Shown piece by piece: positions 25,901 through 32,031 of a DNA stretch of 64,000 nt. Both the position numbers and the translations under genes were made by a program. The stretch's first letter is position 1; each line of letters begins with the position of its first letter. Under the pieces are notes generated by a model. That model saw nothing but the letters and a program-made list of their open reading frames with translations. It was not told where the DNA came from and searched no databases. Source of the DNA: Nitrosopumilus sp. (GTDB taxonomy: Archaea > Thermoproteota > Nitrososphaeria > Nitrososphaerales > Nitrosopumilaceae); the NCBI GenBank assembly GCA_965223425.1, contig OZ245003.1, positions 1,920,001 through 1,984,000 of the forward strand, read 5' to 3'.

Positions 25901-28900
25901 ATTTCGTTGCCTGCCGCATCTGAGATATCCCCCGCAGTGTATGTCACATCAGGTGTCGCACCGGTGTCAAGTGCGTTTTGCAGCGTTATTACTGCGGTGC
26001 TGCCTGTCCCGTCAAGGCCGGTGACTGCGGTGACCGTGTTTCCTTCCACGCCCCACACGGTGTGGGAGTCAGCCGTGCTGGTGACGTTCTCAGAGAACGT
26101 TACAGTTATCTGTTTTGTGTCAGGGCCGGTCCTTGCAGCAAACGTAGGCGGGGTGTTGTCATCGCCGGATGAAGGCGGCGTCGTTGTTGTTGTTGTCGGG
26201 TCAGTCGGGAAGTAATCTTCAAGCTCGCCGGCAGGTATACCGGAAATAACGGATCCCTCAACCAGGCCGCTGACCTGTTCCGTGTTGTGAATCTCAAATG
26301 TGATTATCAGATCCGTGGAATAGTCGACTGGCACCTGTTCGGGGTCAACACTGACTGTAACGGGTGGGAGGCCTGTCTGCGTATCGTTTTGTGTGTATAT
26401 TACCTTGTCGTCCTGCTCAAGGTACACCCTGGATTGGTAGGTGGCATCCTGACTGGGTATGGCATTTCTCACGTAAAGTGTGATGTCAAGCATGTTGGTT
26501 GTGTCGTTATAAGACGTAGTGACAGAAGCGCGATTAAGGTTAGAATAGGAATCAGGCCTGCCCGAGTCGCTTATGGTCATGGTGTGGTTTGCAGAGCCGG
26601 TAGCGCCGTCATCATCAGTTACCTGCAGCGTGATGACCAGCGTGGTGTCCTCTGTGACCCGGGGCGCCGTAAATGATGCAGTTGCCTGAGAGGGGTTTGT
26701 TATTGTAATTGACGTGTCGTTGGCGGTCCATCCGTATGATGATATGGTGCCGTCATCATCAGCAGACGCTGCCCCGTCAAGGGTTACCGCGTCGCCCTCG
26801 GTTACTCTGGCCGGTGCGCTGATTATCGCAGTAGGGGGCCGGTTCACGTCAGGCGTGTCCACATGTATGTTTGCAAAGCTTGCCACGGGGTTGCCTGCAA
26901 CGTCTGCCATGCTGCTGCCTTCCAGATCCTGGTTATAGTTGATAACCAGGGTGTTGTTGCCGACAGGACCGTCAAGGCCAAGCGTGAGGGTTGGGGAGTC
27001 AGTGAGTATTGTTTGCGGCACCACTGCAGGTATTGGTGTAGACGTTGTTGCGCTGCCTGCAGCACGTGAGAGCGAAAAGCTCCCGGTGCCATGCGAGCCC
27101 TTGACGTTCTCCGAGAAGGTTACGGTTATTGACGTTGACGTGTCAGAGGCTGCCGCGGCGCTGACTGGGACAGGCGGCAGGCCGTCATTTGCCATGATGT
27201 TGCGTGCGTTATCGAGGTACTCGGTCCCGTTGAAGATGCCGCCCCTCTGTCCGGCGGCACCATCACCATCGGCAGGCGGCCTCTGGTAATGGGCGTGCAC
27301 GGCATCAAACCTGGTGGCAGTGTCCGGCAGGGAGGCGTTCAGCGCAAGCGTCATGGCGTCTGTTGTCCCGCCGGGATCCGAGTTTGATTTTATGGCAAGG
27401 CCTGCCGCGTCTGCGCCAAACAGGATCCATCCCGTGCCGTCAGTTATGTCCGTATCAACGTTGGACAAAAAGCGCACGGCAAGCTCGTTATGGGCTACGA
27501 GGGTAACAGATTCTATCAGCGGAAGAAATGCGCCGCTTTTGCCTATTGGCAGGTCGTTCTGGTTGTAATTAAATGAGAACCCGTTTTGGGAATATGTAAA
27601 GAATCCCTCTATGTCAGCCTCCGGGGATGTCAAAGCCCTGAATGCGTTATCTGTGGACGGGTCAAGCTTGTAATGCGCCGTGCTGCCACTCGTGTGCAGC
27701 AGTAGGGGGAAGGCAAGATCCGAGCCGCCAGAGTCAGAGCCGGACTCGCGGATATGGAACAAGTCAAGCTCAGTACTAATGAGCAGGTTGACGTCCTTGT
27801 TGAAGGTTACACCGAGGATGCCGTGGTTTTCATAGTATGTGGCAGACCTGGCAAAGATCGTCTGGTCGTCGTAGACTGTTACTGTTACCGTGTCATTGTT
27901 GCTTGACAGGGAGCCGTCATTTGTTGTAAGCGCGAACGTCAGGGCAGTAAAGTTGGCAGTGGACGGTGCCGTGAATGTGGGGCTTGTTGTGTTGGCGTTT
28001 GCCAGTGTTATAGTAGAAGAGCCGGATGTCTGGGACCACGAGTATGTCAGGGTAGTGTCGTCGCCGTTATCAGGATCCGTCGAGTTGGTCCCGTCAAGGG
28101 TCACCGTGTCTCCTTCCTGCACGTGCTGGTTTGGGCCGGCATCGGCAATAGGGCGCAGGTTCACGTCAGGCGTGCCCACCGGTACGCCTGAAAAGCTTGC
28201 CAGGTAGTTGCCGTCAACGTCAGATATGATGTCTCCGGAATCCCTGTCGTAGCTGATAGTCAGGGTGCTGTTGCCGATGGGGCCGTCAAGGTTAAGCGTA
28301 AGGGTTGGATCAGCGTCGGCTCTGACCTGCTGCTGTGTCAGTCCAGGTACCGGCGTCGTGGTGAGGCTGCCTGCAACACGCGAGAACGAAAAGCTTTCGG
28401 CACTGGCCGTGCCTTTGATCCTCTCTGAGAAGGTTATGGTTATTGACGTGTCCGCGGGGGAGGGTGCGCTGGCACTTACTGGGATCGGTGATATGCCGTC
28501 GGCCAGTATGATGCGGTTGGTGCTGCCCATGTATTCGGTGCCGTTGAAGACGCCGGTGCTGCTGCTGCTGCCGTCATCAGACGGCCTCTGGTAGTCAAGG
28601 AAGATGGCACCTGACCTGAATCCTGTCGGCAGCAAGCCGTTTAGCGCAAGCGTCATGGTGTCTGTTGTCCCGCCGGGATCCGAGTTTGACTGTACGGCAA
28701 AGTCTTCTTTCAGGCCTATGTCCGGGGAGGCGCCCACGGACCATCCCGTGCCGTCATCAACGTCCGTGTCGACGTTGGACAAAAAGTGCACGGTGATCTC
28801 GTTTTGGGCAGTGGCAACAGCAGAGGCTACCCGCGGAAGAAATGCGCCGCTTTTGACGACTGGCAGGCCGCTCTGGTCGTGTTCGAAGAAGATGCTATTT

Positions 28901-31464
28901 GCGCCATACACGGCATAATTCGCTATGTCAATCACCGGGGATGTCAATGCTCTGACTGCGTTATCCGTGGGCTGATCAAGCATGAAGGTCATCGTGTTGC
29001 GCGCTGCCGTGTTTCGCAGCCATTCAGAGGAGGCAAGATTCGAGACTACAGCATCAGAGCCGGACTCGCGGATATCCAGGTCAGAGAGCATGGTCTGTTC
29101 ATCGTTAATGATGTCTTTGTTGAAGGTTATGTCAAGGATGCCGTGGTTTTCATAGTATGTGGCAGACCTGGCAAAGACTGTCTGGTCGTCGTAGACTGTT
29201 ACTGTTACCGTGTCAGTGCCGTTTGAGGAGGAAGAGTCGCTTGCCGTAAGCGTGAACTCTAGCGTGATAGGATCGGCGGCGGTGGTGGTGGACGGTGCAG
29301 TGAATGTGGGGCTTGTTGTGTTGGCGTTTGTCAGGGGTACGGTAGGGGAGCCGGATGTCTGGGACCACGAGTATGTCAGGGTAGTGTCGTCGCCGCCGTC
29401 AGGATCCGCCGAGTTGGTCCCGTCAAGGGTTACCGTGTCTCTTTCCTGCACGTGCTGGTTTGGGCCGGCATCGGCGATTGGGGCGGCATTGCCTATCTGA
29501 AATACAGGCGAGATGGCATAAAACTGAAGCGGGGAAGATGGGTTGAAAATATTATTACCGGATAATGGACCATCATCTGTGTTTGGACCCCCCAGTTGTA
29601 CCTGGAAGGTACTGCCTAATTGAGTGGCTGATGATTTTGTCCCATCATGATTAGAACCAGTAAATATAGAAGTAGTGCCAAACTCGAATTCATTTCCATG
29701 CTCGTTTCGCCCGGATGTCTCCTCATCCCATGATCCATCGTAAAAGTCCTGATAGTCGTCTGCCACCTTTGCGCCGTCTAGCCAGTAGATTGGGGGGCCC
29801 TTGTTTGCACTGGTATAGGTGGTACCGGTGTGGACGCGCGCATCGACTGCAGACGTACTGCCCACCACCCTGAATGACGAGCTGTATTCTTGGATGTCTG
29901 CATGGCCTGCTGCTACGAGGTTTTGGACGAATGTGTCATATACTGCTATGTCAGTAGATGTGGCGTTGCGTGTAGTCGATGTCACAATGAGCAGCCTGAA
30001 CCGGTCTTGTCCCTCGCCAAGGCCCGAGGGTATCAGGCCCCAGTCTGCCGGGACAAGCGTTGCATCTGCGGATGATTGTTTGCTTGTGGTAATAGGTTCT
30101 GTGTATGATTGTGTTGATGGCTCCAGCCTGTCTGCAGCGGATTCTTCTTCTGCTGCCGTCGAGATGTCAATTATCTGGACTCCGCGGTCACCAGATGCTG
30201 CGACCAAGGCGTAGGTGCTGGTACCTATTTTCACGGCAGTTATTCCATTGGCGCCTTCAAGCTTGTCAAATGTCTTGCCGTTGCCATATTCCTGGCTGTC
30301 AACAACAGAGGCAACTGGGACGGGGTTTGCAGGATCCGTGATGTCGACTATCTGGACGCCGTTGTCTTGATATGCCGTAACAAGGGCGTAGGTGCTGGAG
30401 CCGTCAGTTACAGTGGTGATGCCCCGTGCGCCTGCAAGCGTGTCAAATGTATTGCCGTCAGTAACAGAGGCAACCGGTACGGGGTTTGCGGGATCCGTGA
30501 TGTCGATTATCTGGACGCCAAAGTCGTTAGATGCCGCAACAAGGGCGTAGGTGCTGGAGTCTATCTTTACGGTGGTGATGTCCCATGCGCCATCAAGCTG
30601 GTCGTAGGTCTTGTTTTCCCCGCCGCCGACTGTGACGGTGTCCCCGTCACCAAAGGAGGAGGTCGGGACGGGGTTTGTGGGATTTGTGATGTCTACTATC
30701 AAGACGCCGTCGTCAAAAAATCCCGTAACAAGGGCGTAAGTGCTGGAGCCCATATCCACGGTGGTGATGTACTGTGGATACTCTAGCTTGTCAAATGTCT
30801 TGTCTGTCCCGTTGACTGTGACGGTGTCCCCTTTATCAAAGGAGAAGACTGGGGCAGGGCTTGCGGGATCCGTAATGTCAATTATCTGGACGCCGTTGTC
30901 AAGGGATGCTGCGACTAGGGCGTAGGTGCGGGCGTTGATAACCACGGTGGTGACGTCATGCGCGCCGCTAAGCTCGTTGAATGTCTTGCCGTTGAGATGG
31001 GTCTGGCTATCACGGATAGAGACGACCGGTGCTGGGTCTGCGGGATTTGTGATATTGATTATCTGGATGCCTTTCTCATTGAATGATGATGCTGCGACCA
31101 AGGCGTAGGTACTGGAGCCGATAGTTACGGTGGTGACGCCCCGTGGGGATCTAAGCGCGTCAAATGTATTGCCGTCACTGATAGCGGCTACAGGTGCGGG
31201 GCTTGCGGGATCTGTGATGTTGATTATCTGGACGCCATGGTCTGTACCTCCCGTAACAAGGGCGTAGGTGCTGGCGTTGATAACCACGGTGGTGACGTCA
31301 TGCGCGCCGCTAAGTTCGGGGTAGGCCGGGCTGTGAGTAACAGAGGCGACTGGAACAGGCGAATCTATCGCGGCATCAGCAAGGGAGACGCAGAGGGGAA
31401 TCAGAAGAGCAAGTGCCACTATTGCTGCTATTGCAGGCAACGGCGGCTTTGTCAATCGTTGCAA
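7942..31464 (-). CDS. giant secreted modular surface protein/adhesin (7,840 aa)
   Basis: TTG start and signal peptide. LVIVD-type propeller, lectin-like domain, PKD/Ig domains, three further beta-propellers, 18 Ig-like PTFRVTFSE repeats, DUF5011-like repeats, a type I periplasmic-binding domain and a thaumarchaeal C-terminal domain (IPTYFKQTAKW...EFVAALSYL). Confidence 0.93.
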   Translation of the reverse strand: MQRLTKPPLPAIAAIVALALLIPLCVSLADAAIDSPVPVASVTHSPAYPELSGAHDVTTVVINASTYALVTGGTDHGVQIINITDPASPAPVAAISDGNTFDALRSPRGVTTVTIGSSTYALVAASSFNEKGIQIINITNPADPAPVVSIRDSQTHLNGKTFNELSGAHDVTTVVINARTYALVAASLDNGVQIIDITDPASPAPVFSFDKGDTVTVNGTDKTFDKLEYPQYITTVDMGSSTYALVTGFFDDGVLIVDITNPTNPVPTSSFGDGDTVTVGGGENKTYDQLDGAWDITTVKIDSSTYALVAASNDFGVQIIDITDPANPVPVASVTDGNTFDTLAGARGITTVTDGSSTYALVTAYQDNGVQIVDITDPANPVPVASVVDSQEYGNGKTFDKLEGANGITAVKIGTSTYALVAASGDRGVQIIDISTAAEEESAADRLEPSTQSYTEPITTSKQSSADATLVPADWGLIPSGLGEGQDRFRLLIVTSTTRNATSTDIAVYDTFVQNLVAAGHADIQEYSSSFRVVGSTSAVDARVHTGTTYTSANKGPPIYWLDGAKVADDYQDFYDGSWDEETSGRNEHGNEFEFGTTSIFTGSNHDGTKSSATQLGSTFQVQLGGPNTDDGPLSGNNIFNPSSPLQFYAISPVFQIGNAAPIADAGPNQHVQERDTVTLDGTNSADPDGGDDTTLTYSWSQTSGSPTVPLTNANTTSPTFTAPSTTTAADPITLEFTLTASDSSSSNGTDTVTVTVYDDQTVFARSATYYENHGILDITFNKDIINDEQTMLSDLDIRESGSDAVVSNLASSEWLRNTAARNTMTFMLDQPTDNAVRALTSPVIDIANYAVYGANSIFFEHDQSGLPVVKSGAFLPRVASAVATAQNEITVHFLSNVDTDVDDGTGWSVGASPDIGLKEDFAVQSNSDPGGTTDTMTLALNGLLPTGFRSGAIFLDYQRPSDDGSSSSTGVFNGTEYMGSTNRIILADGISPIPVSASAPSPADTSITITFSERIKGTASAESFSFSRVAGSLTTTPVPGLTQQQVRADADPTLTLNLDGPIGNSTLTISYDRDSGDIISDVDGNYLASFSGVPVGTPDVNLRPIADAGPNQHVQEGDTVTLDGTNSTDPDNGDDTTLTYSWSQTSGSSTITLANANTTSPTFTAPSTANFTALTFALTTNDGSLSSNNDTVTVTVYDDQTIFARSATYYENHGILGVTFNKDVNLLISTELDLFHIRESGSDSGGSDLAFPLLLHTSGSTAHYKLDPSTDNAFRALTSPEADIEGFFTYSQNGFSFNYNQNDLPIGKSGAFLPLIESVTLVAHNELAVRFLSNVDTDITDGTGWILFGADAAGLAIKSNSDPGGTTDAMTLALNASLPDTATRFDAVHAHYQRPPADGDGAAGQRGGIFNGTEYLDNARNIMANDGLPPVPVSAAAASDTSTSITVTFSENVKGSHGTGSFSLSRAAGSATTSTPIPAVVPQTILTDSPTLTLGLDGPVGNNTLVINYNQDLEGSSMADVAGNPVASFANIHVDTPDVNRPPTAIISAPARVTEGDAVTLDGAASADDDGTISSYGWTANDTSITITNPSQATASFTAPRVTEDTTLVITLQVTDDDGATGSANHTMTISDSGRPDSYSNLNRASVTTSYNDTTNMLDITLYVRNAIPSQDATYQSRVYLEQDDKVIYTQNDTQTGLPPVTVSVDPEQVPVDYSTDLIITFEIHNTEQVSGLVEGSVISGIPAGELEDYFPTDPTTTTTTPPSSGDDNTPPTFAARTGPDTKQITVTFSENVTSTADSHTVWGVEGNTVTAVTGLDGTGSTAVITLQNALDTGATPDVTYTAGDISDAAGNEMATATINAGPTLDGTQPAGASFTATHSNLRFPTSVAFSVDGSKMYVLDSRGGDIYQYSLSEAFDVSSAALDGTAGASFTATHDNLRGPDSVAFSVNGSKMYVLDNSGNRIFQYSLPDAFDVTGATLDGGASSDGYLFDVAHRDLNLPDSIAFSANGSKMYVLDSRDGDIYQYSLPAAFSVANATLDGGTPQQPGASFTAEHDDLYTPNSVAFSDDGNKMYVLDGDDGDIFQYGLPDAFNVTGAILDGSTSQQQQPGASFTAFHSDNPDSLAFSSNGSKMYVLDPYNGDIFQYSLPTAFDVSPGVTDGLAPTVVSIARHDPEEQDTDKDNPLFRVTFSEPVTGVGSSDFETSGNATARASTVTQVSGSTYDVRVFVFASGIVGLDIKASSNIADVAGNLLLAAAPAGDDPVTPTVSDESYNVNFIQPELVSVVRHDPTAQNTNDKTPTFRVTFSTAVANVDVADFATYGNATAEVSTVVPVSGGKSYDVGVTVTTGGTVGLGIASANNIADAVTGRALSGTAPTGANESYTIDIAAPAFLSVERHDPTPQNTNDATPTFRVTFSEEVVNVDKSDFVIQGGLNTGATVSSVTPASGGAVYHVEVAVPKDGTVSLYIKTADHIHNITDVVGNPLANTLLTSGQTDESYTTDTVAPTLSFVTRHDPTAEDTSDSTPTFRILFGEAVVNVDASDFETTGGADAAVTGVTQISGSEYRVEVTVTAGGTVGLGIAAAENDITDAAGNVLVVDPMAIYSTYNVVVRPPPIADAGPNQHVQEGDTVTLDGTNSTDPDGDTLTYSWSQTSGSPAVTLTNANTTSPTFTAPSTANFTALTFALTTNDGSLSSNNDTVTVTVYDDQTIFARSATYYENHGILGVTFNKDVNLLISTELDLFHIRESGSDDGGSNLLSSKLLITTGSTAHFKLDSSTDSAVRALASPEADIEPDFTYSQGGFSFDYDQNDLPIKSGAFLPLIESVTLAARDELTVRFLSNVDTDITNGTGWILFGADVTAANLAIESNSDPGGIKDTMTLALNASLPGTATRFDDVHVKYQRPSGDGGGIFNGTEYLGNTADIKAADGLPPVPVSAAAASAMSTSITVTFSENVLGSHGAGSFSLSRAAGSATTTPVPAVVPETIFTDSETLTLNLNSTIGNNDLTVAYNQDLAGSGIADVAGNPVASFEGIPVGTQSAPTPPTPPDGNAPPTASIAAPARAAEGTTVTLVGTGSSDSDGTISLYAWTANNTSITIIDADKAEASFTAPQVTANATLVITLKVTDDDGATGSANHTMTLYDTNRLPAADAGPNQHVQEGDTVTLDGTRSADPDDGDTLTYSWSQTSGSPAVTLTNANTTSPTFTAPSTANFTALTFALTTNDGSLSSNNDTVTVTVYDDQTIFARSATYYENHGILGVTFNKDVNLLISTELDLFHIRESGSDSGGSDLAFPLLLHTSGSTAHYKLDPSTDSAVRALASPEADIEGFFTYSQNGFSFNYNQNDLPIGKSGAFLPLIESVTLVAHNELAVRFLSNVDTDITDGTGWILFGADAAGLAIKSNSDPGGTTDAMTLALNASLPDTATRFDAVHAHYQRPPADGDGATSHRGGIFNGTEYLDNARNIMANDGLPPVPVSAAAASATSTSITVTFSENVKGSHGAGSFSLSRAAGSATTSIPIPAVVPQTILTDSSTLTLGLDGPVGNNTLVINYNQDLVDSSMADVAGNPVASFANIPVSTPFTGDTGGGTPDANQDLPTITLLGANPQQMELGANYTESGATCADADGTDISGNIVINSDSVNRPVVGEYNVTYDCAADDSDSSRADTVTRVIEVRDTVKPAFAVDEHDADYTTTITLGGTYVAGTILNVTDRDQTTQNIGNAGAVDTDSPGTYYVTYTVTDASGNSHTITETVIVSDSRPPVIKLNGDTPHFVEWGSGYDEPGAICTDGAGNDILLPENLVINYTAPVDASTVGDYEINYYCTDPDSGIPADRVIRLVTVRDTVSPVIVSAALIRNDTIVLTYSEPVDVKSNTTDGSGFALSAGTVAANTDPAGATAQITLGITGRGSSTGDPPDITYDSASGSVEDTNGIPAHAGTFDGTVDKVPPVAISAHTSNSTAIRIELSEAVTNAGAAPGDFALSAVRVITNMTVHADDIRPTPHAASMSVDGSSITLLLNDTLDGNQDVKVSYQKGGSAGISTGSGGTINDLSGGTLLAGSLPIGEQTDFPVAMALSKDGTTIFVLDFSNSLHAYALPAPWEVSSSSSSSGASHAYTTSLASLIPPIPVNSTVTVNPAVAMVGLTFSADGTRLFATDALDGSAIHEFVFSSPWNASDASFSSYVNHTLSSAGILPNTDLRGIAFSPDGTAMYIASDRNDRISEFSLSEAWNASSAVLAHSISAEDPRADAAAVIAGITFSADGTRMFVAVPDKNLISEFALSEAWDISSATHAGSFSAGPSTFSVLSPDSLSFVDVELPFRPSDVAFSADGTRMFVLDESSDFPDSVSARTPAVKQYTLAPPAKPFDPGVLPNPLGSFALLQVQNSIPTDSTTPDVNMPPTAVISAPETAGEGRTVPLDGTASDDTDGTISSYEWTAGDPTIAIAGSNQSTASFTAPRVTENTALVITLKVTDDDGYTGSANHTMTITKSDRPVLYPQSYRAYFTPYYNDTTDMLDITFGFDRRTNIIPSQDAIYQSRVYLEQDEKVIYTQNDTQVGFFPVTVSIDPKQVPIDYSLDELVIIFEIHNTEQGSGLVEEGTNIFVIHDDDYEKYFPRTTTTTTTPSPADDTAPPTFAARTGPDTNQVTVTFSENVNSTADSHTAWGVEGSTVTAVTGLDGTGSTAVMTLQDALDTGATPDVTYTAGDISDAAGNRMVTATINAGPTLDGTQPAGALFAAKHDNLGFPTSVAFSANGSKMYVLDSRDGEIFQYGLSEAFNVSSATLDGTAGASFTAFHGNLSNPDTVAFSANGSKMYVLDSSGHRIFQYSLPDAFDVTGATLDDSSSNGYLLSIAHDDLGEPGSVAFSDDGSKMYVLDSDDGGIFQYSLPAAFSVANATLDGGTPPGYAFRADHGGLDSPGSVAFSDDGSKMYVLDSDDGDIFQYGLSEAFSVSSATLDGTAGASFTASHSSLIFDSLAFSDDGSRMYMLDPHTGGIFQYGLPTAFDVSAGVTDGLAPTVLSIKRHDPTSEETDRQNPTFQVTFSEPVTEVGSSDFAISGNATATVSTVTPVSGSTYDVLVRVTGIGTVGLDIKTANDIADIAGNRLVDLRTPAAADADQSYSVDFAQPELASVERHEPPEQETSDSTPTFSVTFNKGVVNVDQSDFVTTGTANSTVSAVTGASGGTEYRVEVAVTTDGTVGLGINAEENDIADAVTAAALSSGTAPTTGTNESYNVSIIQPKLVSVERHDPTTRDTNDDTPIFNVTFSQPVFNVDASDFVALGTADAAVSNVTRISGGTVYHVLVTVTEDGTVDLGIAEENDIADAAGVPLSADTAPTGGINDSYSIDTTDPAFLSVERHDPATENTNDDTPTFRVTFSEEVVNVDASDFEISGSANAGAVVSSVTPVSGGTVYHVEVNVVRDGTVGLYIKTLNHNHNIADAVGNPLANAVLESADQTTNESYAVDITAPTLSFAIIHDPATQNTGNTTLTFRVTFDEAVINVDPPDFETTGDADATVSTVTKVSDNDYLVVVSADTGGTVGLGIDAEENDITDVAGNALPSGTGDAQTSTYNVKVTAPTLESVERLYPATQNTNDRTPTFRATFSEAVTNVDTSDFVTTGDAAATVTTVNTASGTVYEVLVTATTDGTVGLGINAVNDIEDAVGNDLSGTGPTVTDDSYIIDTVQPILKTITRQSSVSEYTNDDTLTFRIAFSEDVFNVDAADFETTGDAVVTNLQVFPVLSSDNSTYDISVDITADGTVILDIAANNDIKDAAGNALSGTAPTVADDSSLTVDRVRPTLVSVERHEPATQNTNDRNPTFKVTFSEEVFNVDAADFKTTGDVDVVDFTINRMPGGTAYNVTAIAPADGTVDLGIVTGHDIQDVAGNALSGTEPTGTDDSYIIDTVRPTLVSVERDEPASQDTNDDTPTFSVTFSEAVNNVNKEDFAITGSAAAEIKTVTGAPGTAQYRVELAVTGDGTVGLDIKPENDIADVTGSTLSLEVPPETDESYTVDTVLPTLVSVERHEPAEQDTGDTTPTFMVTFSEGVNSVNEEDFATSGDAAATVSAVTSVSGGKTYRVEVTVTAGGTVGLDIKAANNIADAAGNALSLDVQPDTDDSYTVDTVLPTLVSVARYGPPSQDTNDSTPTFRVTFSEAVTSVDTSDFDTTGNATASVSTVAPVPGGKIYDVGVTVTANGTVGLGISPTHNIIDTAGLPLSDEEPATDQSYNVLLPRVPVGTPPADAVQPALLSVVRHDPATQNTNNGTLTFRATFSEAVVNVDTTDFEITGSATATVFAVTKESDTVYDVEVTVTADGTVNLGINATANDIKDAAGNALSGTTPTTEVSESYNVDTVAPTLASITRHNPAEEDTSSSILVFRAAFSEAVNNVDPSDFEILDNADAGSLLVTPVPSSSNSTYEVRVLVFEEGTVSLGINATASDITDAAGNALSGTTPTGDDESYSVDITRPTLASVARHDPLTENTTDSTPTFRATFSEAVVNVDKSDFATTGSATATVSAVTKESDAVYDVGVTVTANGTVGLSISPLSVRDIKDAAGNDVRLFAQPTGDNELYSVSLLPQAENRQPTITLTGDNPATAERYVTYTDAGATCADPDGDDTTLTNSSNVDTDTIPLAPYLYTYSCTDEHGLAAQNVTRQVLVADTVTPVLSLIGLSSVSLTVGDPYTDDGATCTDSGRSITVTVSGLDAVNTAVAGQYDVIYTCSDGFNPADPVTRTVIVTEPMPPPPPPPPPPPDVNVPPTARISAPARAAEGATVSLNGTGSTDNDGTISSYAWTTNDTSITITYDDQATASFTAPNVTKDTLLVITLVVTDNDGGTGSANHTMTITNVSRPPGDTTSPPPNKPPVILHTVDTDQISTTRITLDRDTGFELAELGVTCSDPEDGDITLMLDERPTYDPNTAGRYSLSYSCEDSGGIIVYLQVVLHLSAPDTTRPTISLVGDPEHTVDKGASYDDPGAECADLRDDSPELVTSGFVDTSEPGTYEIEYTCKDAAGNESDTVTRKVTVLPDTTPPTFTVNGNATDFATSLTEGQTYRNGKIENITETGSPPTRTEIRYYNGTGDAAVTTEANKIDSINNTRPPIGHYTIQYTVSDSAVSPNNHTITETLTVRAPATVTIGAIVSTTGSISSLGIPANDTIHLAVNDFNDRYLAPNEAAWRLAVSTHDDGSASEGAIAALELLAGSNITSIVGPLTSEALSEVKNNTLFDNPPRLAISYASTAPTEDLKQKDDRVFRTVPDDSNTVRAYVSLFEADSVDYVIPVFRNDAWGVALNRTLADEIDDHNNSTDSKITVHGGILYNPDTVSLSANTTLALLNDTLSRDSVSEKAPAVVVFGFSETLDILSEAAATANLPAAKWYGSDAVAPSKLLEGDTRRDEKRKTFLERTDYNVLTLAIDENEKNKRIDSSVDNADVYSYAAYDAVFILGTAIHLNGGSAGNMVNEGLIGNIAQVADNANGHYTDPAMGNTTLNEYGDLLQADYFVLSLDAGSGTSFEPEFRYYGSSGTLEGLVSSGGGGGGSSGDVSAPSIRTGFGAGQYPLVYDGIKYGPDTINSPHTATIRAGSGERLLSTLTVYENGGAQNVQHVDMFVAHDGRTIHNDGTETHVTYDSGNIRITDPHGLIASATVDASAIDATKAQFEFVITFAKKVPLSDVLYRLWDTSRNALYIHLEDALVVSEGRKGGSSSSGGGGGGGSSSSGGGGGGGGGSSSSSTVPPATGSGNGTTTTTTATGNGTAADTADKQQPQQPRQGFTAEQLDTLKQWGGFASQSASDSQLLAQFGIEGTSIPTYFKQTAKWFLDADADDADDGLTAQEFVAALSYLGQRGLLLN
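11760..16440 (-). repeat. 14 tandem ~110-aa Ig-like repeats (4 more at ~23640-24980)
   Basis: Consensus PTLVSVERHDP...TPTFRVTFSE.V.NVD.SDF...I.D.AGN counted in the translation. Confidence 0.9.
20745..22020 (-). repeat. ~1.3-kb near-identical internal duplication of ~26865-28145 (more diverged copies at ~22350-23620 and ~28150-29480)
   Basis: Long identical nucleotide and protein stretches, e.g. SATYYENHGILGVTFNKDV through VAGNPVASFANI. Confidence 0.92.
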
Positions 31465-31855
31465 CTGTCAGAATCTCCCGTCCTCTTCTTCTCCCAATAC
31501 CATTATTGCTGCCGCTGATCCTTTCTCCACACACGCACACGCACCCCCCCCCCCCGGGCGGAGTCAGGCAACATTGTGGCAGGGAAGGCAGAATTATTGC
31601 AGGAATGACAAAAGTACGGTACTGTTGGCAACGGCTTGAAAGCAGATAACTGAAAGGTGTAAATCAACAATTTGATGCTTTTGTTTTGGTATTTATATAT
31701 TTTTTTCAGACTCTGGATTCTGTTTGCAGAAATAAGATTGACCAAAACATGGCATGCGCAACAGATGCTGCCGGTTCTGCGGATCTCGATCATGGCAAAA
31801 GACGGATAAGGTTCTGATGGCGCGGCGCGGGTGGCAGATCCGAAGACGCTAGGTG

Positions 31856-31907
<52 letters not shown>

Positions 31908-31926
31908 TCTAAGGCATTCCAGACTA

Positions 31927-32023
31927 CAGGACTGAAATCCGCAAGTCCGAGGATCAGCGCCAACTTGTGCGGCAGGGCAGTCTTCAATTCCAGATGGCAG
32001 GACTGAAATCCGCAAGTCCGAGG
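31927..32023. repeat. two 26-bp direct repeats CAGGACTGAAATCCGCAAGTCCGAGG with a 45-bp spacer
   Basis: Copies at 31927-31952 and 31998-32023; internal GGACT/AGTCC inverted repeat. Confidence 0.9.
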
Positions 32024-32031
32024 GCAGCAGG

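Noticed and set aside
20745-30060. Diversity-generating retroelement (TR/VR)
   Set aside because: Some A-to-G differences exist between module copies, but many differences are at non-adenine positions, and there is no reverse transcriptase in the window.
7931-31518. Many plus-strand ORFs of 60-394 aa
   Set aside because: Antisense shadows of the GC-rich giant ORF.
31927-32023. CRISPR array
   Set aside because: Only two repeats, no cas genes and no recognisable leader; kept as a direct repeat.
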